From Eledone cirrhosa (lineage: Eukaryota), in the NCBI GenBank assembly GCA_964016885.1, contig OZ024742.1, positions 8,370,001 to 8,434,000 on the forward strand: 64,000 nt of DNA. The letters run 5' to 3'. The position numbers and the translations under genes are program-made. Position 1 is the first letter of the stretch. Every line of letters begins with the position of its first letter. Below, piece by piece: positions 52,699 to 64,000 of the stretch. The notes under the pieces were generated by a model. It did no database searches. It was not told the origin of the DNA and saw only the letters and a program-made list of their open reading frames with translations.

Positions 52699-53154
52699 AT
52701 ATATATATATAGAGAGAGAGAAAGTTTGACTATATGTTGGTTGTATACCACTACTATGAGAGATGGTGGCAGGAGATATGAAGAAAAAACACACACAGAT
52801 ACTTCTAAATTGTCAACAGAAGCAAGACATAAGCTGATCACAACACCAACAACACTACCAAAATAATTGTAGAGGTCAAATGTACTTAACAATAGCAAAC
52901 ACAAACACTACAGGGAGCCTCACCCCAGAAAGAATTCTATAGACTTCCGACTGAGGAATGCTCTCAGAACTGACCAATGGGAAGTTTGACACTTTTTTTG
53001 TTATTTTGCTCCTTTACCACCTTGCCCCTTCTACCACTTTATCAATTTTTTAAGCTAACTCCAACAATAACAACACTTAGAATGAGGAATGTTCTAACAA
53101 CTGACCAATGAGAGGAGAAGAGGCCCTTTGACACTGAAATTCGTTTGTTTGAAT

Positions 53155-53374
53155 TCATATGATTCCAGTTCCTCAGTGAAATAACAACCCAACCAGGAAC
53201 TGGGCATATCAGAGTATTGACAACATTATACCCCTCAACAACATATGTACTTGTCTATACCACACTCATTCGGACTGCCTGAAGAGGTCACAGCCAAAGA
53301 TGGCTGTCACCGAAATATATATAACAGCAATAAACGAAGCTAAATTTTAAACATTTGACTTTTTATTTAACTTT

Positions 53375-53378
<4 letters not shown>
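53155..53378 (+). mobile_element. HHR element, single-arm copy of 57777-58218
   Basis: ACTGC-CTGAAGA-GGTCACAGCCA AAGA TGGCTGTCACC-GAAA-TATATA-TA-ACAGC-AATAAA at 53274-53334. Confidence 0.88.
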
Positions 53379-53409
<31 letters not shown>

Positions 53410-53493
53410 AAAAATTGAACAGGGACAGAATCGAGAGGCAGTACGACAAATGTTTATTAGATTCACGCTCAGGAGAGTGGGGGGTAGGTGGAG

Positions 53494-53528
53494 GACGACG
53501 TTTCGGGCATAAGCCCTTCTTCAGGTAA
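53494..53528 (-). ncRNA. Minimal hammerhead ribozyme of the Neptune pLTR
   Basis: AC-CTGAAGA-AGGGC TTAT GCCC-GAAA-CG-TC-GT. Stems I and III are very short. Confidence 0.8.
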
Positions 53529-54360
53529 GAGTTCAAAAGGTGTGTAGGGGAGTGGTGGAGAGACATATAGCGAAAGGAAACGGTGCGAATGAAAAATTAA
53601 CAAATAAAGACAAAAATATAATAAATAATAAATAAAAATAAAGCATGATCAAAATACAAGGAATGAGAACATTTAAAAATAAAGGCATGATCAAAATAAA
53701 CTGAAATTAAAAGGGGGGTAAACAGGTGGTGGAAGGGTGTGGGGTGAGTAGAGGTGGAGGCGGGTGGAGTGGGGAGAGGGAGACGGGGTGTCCGAGCGGG
53801 GAGGGCTGAAGGTGGTGTGTGTGGTTAGGTGTGCGTGTGTGTGTGTGTGTGTGTGTATGTGAAAGTGAGGGTTGGGGGAAGAACGGGGTTGCATGTTCAG
53901 GAAGGTGTGTGTGGGGGGTGTTTTTGTGTGTCGGAGGGTCTGTGCGTGTGTGGATAGGGGGTGGGGGGAGAGGAATCAGGGGGCTGAGGGAGTAAATATG
54001 TGGTGGGAAGCACGTGTGTGTGGTTTAAGCGTGTTGTGGGTGTGGGTGGCGTGTGGATAAAAAAATTTGTTTTGGGATGTGTGTGTGGGTGAGTTATATA
54101 GGTGATGGTGTTAGAGGATGGTTGAAAGTGGTAAGTTACACGGATGTATGGAGATTTTGGTTGGAAGTCAAAACGCGTGTGGGTAATCCAAGAAGCGGTG
54201 GTCGGAAGAGGAGAGATGTGGGGTGCGCGCGCAACAGGAAGTGGTCAGCAGTGGAAGTGCTGTGGTAAGTTGGTGCTGAGACAGTGGTCGGAAGGGCATA
54301 GCAGCAGTCAGCGGAATGGTAGGGAGGCGAGGATGGGTAGGTGTGAGAGTTGGAATGAGG

Positions 54361-54401
<41 letters not shown>

Positions 54402-54880
54402 TAGTAGGGGTGTTAGTGGGATGAGTGAGTGTGGAGTGGGGAGAGAAGGGTGTGTGTGGTTCTATGGAGGGAGTGTGGTGTACTGGTGTGTGTGTGTAGT
54501 TTGGTGAGGAGGTGTTAGTGGGTGTTAGTAGACGGGAGGTGGGGAGGGGTGGAATGCAGGTGTGAGTGGGGGTTAGTGGGGGTAGGGTGTGTAGAGTTGG
54601 TGGTGTACGAGGGTGTGTGGGTACGTGTGCGTGGGGTTGGAGGGTGTTAGTGATGTTAGTTGCGTGTGGGGTGGGTGGTGTAAGTGTGTGCGTGTGATAA
54701 GGAGGGGGGAGGAGGAGAAGAGGGGAGGGAAGGGATGTTAGTATGTTAGTTGGGGAAGGGTGGTCAGATGAGGGGTGGAGTGGAGGTGTTAGTATTGTTA
54801 GTGTGGGGTGGGCGGTGAAAAGGAGGGGTGTGTTAGTGGTGTTAGTGGGGGATAAGTGGGGGAGGGGGGGCGGTCGAACG

Positions 54881-57340
<2,460 letters not shown>

Positions 57341-57493
57341 CTCCAAGAATGACTTGCATGGGAATTCTCGCAAACTCCCTACCTAACTAAGGAAACTTCT
57401 TGTTGAGTCAAACAACGCCGTATGTTAAAACTATCCATAGTACAGAGTACTCACAACCTATAACTGGATTACCTAAAATGATAACTTGTTATC

Positions 57494-57540
<47 letters not shown>

Positions 57541-57699
57541 GAAGAGCAAAACGAGGTCTCACATCACATTGAGGTTTCTATTGATTAGATTCAGTTACTA
57601 ACGTTTCTCAGATGTGTGGCTCCAGATCAATATTTGTGTTATAGACCAGACACCAGCCTCAATCTGCTCTTCAGAGATGTTAATCAGACAAAACCAAAA

Positions 57700-57776
<77 letters not shown>

Positions 57777-57783
<7 letters not shown>

Positions 57784-58218
57784 AAGTTAAATAAAAGTCA
57801 AATGATTAAAATTTAGCTTCGTTTATTACTGCTATATATATTTCAGTGACAGCCATCTTTGGCTGTGACCTCTTCAGGCAGTTTGAATTAGTATGGTATA
57901 GACAAGTACATATGTTGTTTAGGTGTATAATATTGTCAATACTCTGATATGCCCAGTTCCATGTTTGGTTGTTAATTCACTGAGGAACTGGAGTCATATG
58001 ACTCCAGTTCCTCAGTGAAATAACAACCCAACCAGGAACTGGGCATATCAGAGTATTGACAATATTATACACCTCAACAACATATGTACTTGTCTATACC
58101 ACACTCATTCGGACTGCCTGAAGAGATCACAGCCAAAGATGGCTGTCACTGAAATATATATAGCAGTAATAAACGAAGCTAAATTTTAATCATTTGACTT
58201 TTATTTAACTTTATTTTA
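57777..58218. mobile_element. Loop-less fold-back element with about 220-bp arms, HHR in each
   Basis: Apex GGAGTCATATGACTCC at 57997/57998. HHRs at 57828-57882 (-) and 58113-58167 (+), stem I ACTGC/GCAGT. Confidence 0.93.
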
Positions 58219-58308
58219 CACTTCTCCGGAGTAACCAAACCAACCTGCGCACTTCGTCGAGTGCTCCAGCCTGCATACTGAGGTGTTGGTATACAACCAA
58301 CATAAACT

Positions 58309-58422
<114 letters not shown>

Positions 58423-58944
58423 CGCGCGCGTATGTGTGTGTGTTTGTGTGTGTGTGTGTGTATGTGTGTGTGTGTGTGTGTATCATCAGCATCATAAACT
58501 TGTTATGAATGAAATCAACTTTGTCTTTCATCCGGGCTCAATACAATAAGTCCCAGTCAAGGACTGGCACGGATATAATCGAATCCCTTAACTTTATATG
58601 CAGTTATTAATAAGAAGATTTCACATTAACATTAATGTATGCAAGATTTCACAGCTCTAGTATCACTCCTTCATAGGCTGACCAAGATACTATAATGGAA
58701 TGATCAAATGAGGTTTATTCTTCAATATAGTCCTTCGAAATAAACAATACAGTTATTAATAAGAAACATCTCTATCATCATTCATTCATAGTCAGTCTAT
58801 AAAGTTTTCAGCCTATCCTCGTATAACACACTCAATGAATATATATCAGGTCTAATAAATTCCACAATATATATGTAGATGCCGACAAAACCAAACTTCT
58901 CTACTTGATAGGAACACTTACAGAAGATTGTTAGTAAACAATAA

Positions 58945-59170
58945 AATAGTTTCTTATATAGGCACAAGGCCAGCAATTTTTTTTGGGGGGTAGGGGAAAG
59001 TCGATTAAATCGACCCCAGTGTATGACTGGTACTTTATTTTATCGACCCTGTAAGGATGAAAGGCTAAGTTAACCTCGGCGGGATTTGAACTCAGACCGT
59101 AAAGGGCCGTAACTCTTTGCTGCAAAGCATGGTGTCTGACCACCTACCGATACTGCCAATCCACCATCCT
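58945..59170 (-). mobile_element. tRNA-derived SINE (octopus-type), near full length
   Basis: A-box-like TGGCAGTATCGG, B-box GTTCAAATCC and core GCCTTTCATCCTT...GGTCGATAAAATAAAGTACCAG. Confidence 0.85.
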
Positions 59171-59184
59171 ATTAGTAAACAATA

Positions 59185-59305
59185 TAATTGTTTCTACTAT
59201 TGGCACCAGACCAGGAATTATCGCAGTGCATTACTGGTACTTTATTTTATCGACCCCTTAATGATGAAAGGCAAAGTTAACCTCGGCGGGATTTGAACTC
59301 AGATC
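59185..59305 (-). mobile_element. Truncated copy of the same SINE
   Basis: Same B-box and core. Confidence 0.8.
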
Positions 59306-59616
59306 ATAAATGAAAACAGGAAGCTCAACTAAATATAAGATAATGAATGAGGAGGAGAAAACCATGACAACACATTTTAAACATGAGAAGATGAAGAGGT
59401 CTATGTCAACAACAGTCTAGTTGATCTCTTGTTTAAACTGTTGTCTTCTTTAGAAAGAATGGCAAAGTGGGAGGTATTAAACTATACGTTGTTTTTATAG
59501 GGAATTGGGAATCGAACACAGAGAAAGGTTGAAAAGTTCATAGGCTAGCCAAGATACTATCCTGGAATGAACAAATGAGGTTTATTTTTCTATTTAGTCC
59601 ATAGAAAGAAACAATC

Positions 59617-59850
59617 TATCTAGGGTGGGTAAAGTTCCCGAGATCCATGGAAGAGTTCTCTCCAGCGGTCTCTGTACCTCATTATCGCTGCCATGTCCTG
59701 TGTCTCCAAGAGATCAGTGTTTGTCCTTAGGGCATCAACATATGTTAACCTCGGTCTTCCTCTACCAGTGTGTCCATGGAGGGACTCCCTCAGGAGCACT
59801 GAGTGTAGTGTCAACTCTTGATGTCGGTGAGCATGCCCAACTAACCTTTT
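59617..59850 (-). mobile_element. RTE-clade LINE 3' fragment
   Basis: RLVGHAHRHQE...GRGRPRLTYVDAL...RDRWR. Same family as 61944-62393. Confidence 0.88.
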
Positions 59851-60657
59851 TATCATCGCAGTGGAGTATTGTATGCGCCTTGCGCTGGAGAAACACCAGG
59901 ACTCTGGCTTTACTGTAGCACCGGCTCAGAGGAGGAGAGTTAAGGCGAAACAGATATCGGATGGTGAATTTGCCGATGACATAGTTCTGGGGACAAAGAA
60001 ACAATGCAGTTATTAATTAGACGAATTATAATTAATAAATGCAAGATTTCACAGCTTTAGCATCATTCTTTCCGATCCAAGTACATATAAAAGTCAAATG
60101 TGTAAGAGGTTTGTTGAATTTCTAACGAATGTATGTGTGTATGAGCGTATGTATGTGTGTACATGTGTCTGTATATGAGATGAGAGCACTTACGGTTTAT
60201 GGGTCGATGGAAGATAGTCTAAGGTAGGATTTCCCAGTCTAAGTGATATCGGCCACCGTAACACAAAATGGTGGGCGATTGGAAATTTTGGTCGATGATA
60301 TAGAATTTCGAATATCAACAAGGTATTTCAAAATGCGCTCGCCGAAAAAAAAATTCAAAGGAGATATGCAAAGAACTTGTATAACAACAAAAGAGGAACC
60401 TGGGACTAACCGGGTCACATTTCTAGATAACATATAAAACCCGACCCACAAACAAAGACGAAATAATATTTCTAAAGATGTAAATGAGATACGGCAAGAC
60501 AAAAGACAACTTTACAGTGAAAATATAATTAAGAAGTGACCTCAGGATAAACTCACGCATGCCGCCAACACCGATAGATCACATATAAATTTGACACAAG
60601 CGATGACCTTTAAGAATTCCGACGACATGCTCTAGACAAGGAGGCTCTGCCTTGTTT

Positions 60658-60915
60658 GCCTTGGCGCCAACCGCGTCCTTCGGTTACGCTACGCCCTCCC
60701 TCAATCGCAATGGGACCAACTACGTCCTTCGGCTACGCTAGGCCCTCACTCACTCGCAATGGCACCAACTACGTTCTTCGGTTACGCTACGCCCTCCCTC
60801 AATCGCAATGGGACCAACTACGTCCTTCGGCTACGCTACGCCCTCCCTCACTTGCAATGGCACCAACTACGTTCTTCGGTTACGCTACGCCCTCCCTCAC
60901 TCGCAATGGCACCGA
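60658..60915. repeat. 49-bp GC-rich minisatellite, about 5 copies with A/B alternation
   Basis: GCAATG at 60707, 60756, 60805, 60854 and 60903. Variants alternate, giving a 98-bp dimer. Confidence 0.95.
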
Positions 60916-61364
60916 CCGTTCGTTTCTGGAGACTTTCTATTTGATGTAAGCAAGCGAGTTGATTTTCGGCTAAAGATGATTAATGTTGCACGGAATGTGT
61001 TTGCAGTAGCGGCATCGCATCATATAGAGTGGTCACATTGATGATATATAAACATGGTATATATGTGTCCAAATATTTGATGTTTCTACCTTTTAAATTA
61101 CTTTCAATGTTGTAATGTAGAAATTGTTCATTTATATTATCTTGCAAGTAGTAAACAAAATGGTAACGGTTTGAAATTTGATCGTAGACAGAATTTTTAT
61201 GACATCCTTTTTATTGTCCAGAAAAGTGCCAGGAAATCTGCTCATTCGAATTTATGCTTTTAAATATTTACTATACAGGTGGACGGTGAAAAGCTTTTCC
61301 ATGTGAAAGTGGGTGATGAAGAAATAGAGTTAGAAACCTCTGGTAAAATTGTTAATATTATTAG

Positions 61365-61485
61365 GATCTGAGTTCAAATCCAGCCGAGGTTAACTTTGCC
61401 TTTCATCCTTATGGGGTCGATACAATAAAGTACCAGTAATAGACTGGGATAATTGCTGGCCTTGTACCAAAAGTAGAAACAATTA
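61365..61485 (+). mobile_element. Truncated copy of the tRNA-derived SINE
   Basis: GAGTTCAAATCCAGCCGAGGTTAACTTTGCCTTTCATCCTTATGGGGTCGAT. Confidence 0.85.
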
Positions 61486-61943
61486 TTATGATAAGTGGAG
61501 CATGAAGAGGTTGGTGGAGAGTTTCATAGTTCTTCAATAAATATAAAGTAGTATGTCAACAGGATGTTATGAACTCCTGAATGCGATTGCAATTGTTCCC
61601 GCGGTTGAAGAACATTTCTAGATATTCACAGGTGCATATACATAAGAATCGGAACAAGAGTTTTATGGAATAAGTTAAATGTTTGTGGGAATGCTTAGTT
61701 AAGCAAGGATATGATAAGAAAATAGTATTGAGACGTTTTAATCGTTGCAATGAGGTGGGGGTGAGATTGTAAGGAAATACTGGGCTATTTCTGGTTTATA
61801 TTTAAGTAGGGGCTAAGGTGATGTTGGTAAAGATGGTATTAAAGTAAGGAGCGTCAGCCGGCTAGGATCTAGAAACATTGATGATTAATACTTTTAATTT
61901 TGTTACTTCTTTTTTCTTATTTTAATTTAATCTTATCTATTTT

Positions 61944-62391
61944 GTGTGTGTGCCTAAAGACCTGGAGATCCGTCTCTTCGTTACTGTAGTGGAGTCTGTG
62001 CAGCTGTGCGGGTCTGAAAATTGGACACTGACCAAGAAACTCACTCAGATGGTGGATGGGTGCTACATTAGAATGCTGAGAATGGCTCTGAACATTAATC
62101 AGTTTACACTGAGGATGAAGAACTCCGAGCTGTACGGGAGCCTCCCAAAAGTCAGCTCGAAAGTGACAAGGTGGAGACTGAGGTTACCTGTACAAGCTCG
62201 CCGACACCCAGAATTGACACTGCACTCAGTGCTCCTGTGGGAGCCCCTGCATGAGCACACTGGAACAGGAAGAACGAGGTTAACATATGTTGACGCCATA
62301 AGGACAGACACTGGTCTCATGACAGCGATAATGAGGGACAGAGATCGCTGGAGAGAAATCCTCCATGGATCTCGGGAATTTTACCCGGCTT

Positions 62392-62393
<2 letters not shown>
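61944..62393 (+). mobile_element. RTE-clade LINE 3' end (RT C-terminal region) ending in (TA)n
   Basis: RLF..VVESV..GSENWTL...DGCY.RMLR..LNI...N.ELY...RLR...R..TYVD...DR..WR. Confidence 0.92.
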
Positions 62394-62444
<51 letters not shown>

Positions 62445-62459
62445 TTCAAAATATTAACA

Positions 62460-62504
62460 TATCAGACATAATGTATGAGTTTGATCATACCACCTTCTTC
62501 GGAA

Positions 62505-62563
<59 letters not shown>

Positions 62564-62950
62564 GATAAATCTACCAAGAGTTTACGGTAGTGTCCAATCC
62601 GTATGAAGAACTCAATGTAATCCGGATTTCATGGAAAGAAGAGATGCATTCAAAAATCACTTTCGGTGAAAGATAAACGGAAAACAGAGTCAAGATAAAA
62701 TATTTAAAAAATAATGAATAAAACATTGTTTTATTCATTATTTTTTTAATATTTTATATATATATATATATATATATTTCCGATGAAGGTGGTATGATCA
62801 AACTCATACATTATGTCTGATAGCATACAGTTCCATAACCGCTATAGATCAGTCAATATATTGATATGATCAAACCTTCGAAACGATCGTAAAACAATGA
62901 ATAAGATATTTCAAATAACTTGCTTTTGTTATCATTGTTAAATAAAATGT
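62460..62950. mobile_element. Inverted pair with HHR-like motif, split by (TA)n and a nested segment
   Basis: 62460-62510 is the reverse complement of 62772-62822. TTT-CCGATGA-AGGT...ACCTTC-GAAA-CGATCG-TA-AAA at 62777-62894. Confidence 0.6.
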
Positions 62951-63046
<96 letters not shown>

Positions 63047-63072
63047 AAGGGGTATATATATATACATATATA

Positions 63073-63552
63073 TATTAATCTCATTTTATGTATATTCTTC
63101 CATGTGTAGAGAGGAAAGCGTTGTACCTTGCTGCTATTTTTTAGTGGCGTGGCAAACAACACGTCTATAATATTCCCGCTTTTACTAACGACCAGTTTAA
63201 GTATGGGTCATTTTAACGGCATGACCTCATACTATCTGGCAGTAGGCGATACATTTACAAACTGTGAGACTTTACGTCCTATAGAATGGAAATAGCTATC
63301 TGAAGAGCTGATCTTTCCGTTGGAAATTTTCTGGATTTCCAATCTTTTGTGAAGCGAAACCGTCGGTAACAGCATTTTTGACAGGTGAATATTTAAATCG
63401 TATTTTAATTTATTTAAAAGATTGTTTAATGTTTGCTAAATTTTATAGTTCTGGTATCTCAAATTAATAACATTGAACAACAAATGTATTATAGACACCC
63501 TATATATTTCCGTAGGTACTTAGTACTTAGTACCTATGGGATTATTAATCTC

Positions 63553-63556
<4 letters not shown>
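63073..63556 (+). mobile_element. Family A HHR element, about 470-nt monomer with short terminal direct repeat
   Basis: ATTAATCTCATT at both ends. HHR at 63295-63373: GCTAT-CTGAAGA-GCT...AGC-GAAA-CCGTCGG-TA-ACAGC. Confidence 0.88.
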
Positions 63557-63608
<52 letters not shown>

Positions 63609-63613
63609 CACAT

Positions 63614-63796
<183 letters not shown>

Positions 63797-63825
63797 TATA
63801 TATATATATAGATATATATACACAT

Positions 63826-63858
<33 letters not shown>

Positions 63859-64000
63859 AGTATATATATATATATACACACACACATTTCAAGAGTAACC
63901 AATCTTAAAGAGAGAGATTGAGATAGTAGAGGAGATATGAGAGGAAAGATTGGTGAGTTAGTTAGAAGCCAAAGCGTAAAGGCATGTGCTCAATGTGCAA

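Noticed and set aside
57585-57680. Minus-strand CTGAAGA-GCAGAT...ATCTGA-GAAACGTTAGTA
   Set aside because: Core and stem II are present but stem I does not pair. At most a decayed HHR.
61600-61760. Possible PLE thumb remnant (LVKQGYDKKIVLRRF); similar weak hint at 21180-21270 (-)
   Set aside because: Short, contains stops, and similarity is too weak to call.

Overview
Repeat-saturated, AT-rich animal DNA with no supportable host gene. The tRNA-type SINE and the (TA)n density resemble octopus/coleoid cephalopod genomes (inference). Bases 1-15975 are a GTAGTGTGGT/GTAGTATGGT satellite with about 3.5-4 kb higher-order structure; its giant His/Thr/Tyr/Pro ORFs are artefacts. The remaining 48 kb is a patchwork of retroelement pieces separated by (TA)n. 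These include a nearly complete Neptune-type Penelope-like element (PLE; RT plus GIY-YIG), two decayed PLE 3' ends of a second clade, RTE LINE fragments and SINEs. The main signal is about 30 intact or degenerate type I hammerhead ribozyme (HHR) motifs from more than 12 sequence families. Nearly all sit in short non-coding units inserted in (TA)n. The units occur either as partial tandem (1.x-mer) repeats of about 310-530 nt monomers (retrozyme/pLTR-like) or as fold-back palindromes. One 10-copy family folds back or breaks at or near the apex of what looks like HHR stem II and always lacks the CUGANGA half. Some HHRs carry a U3-A8 compensatory core or a U4C core. All ribozyme calls are by-eye motif and pairing matches; activity is untested.
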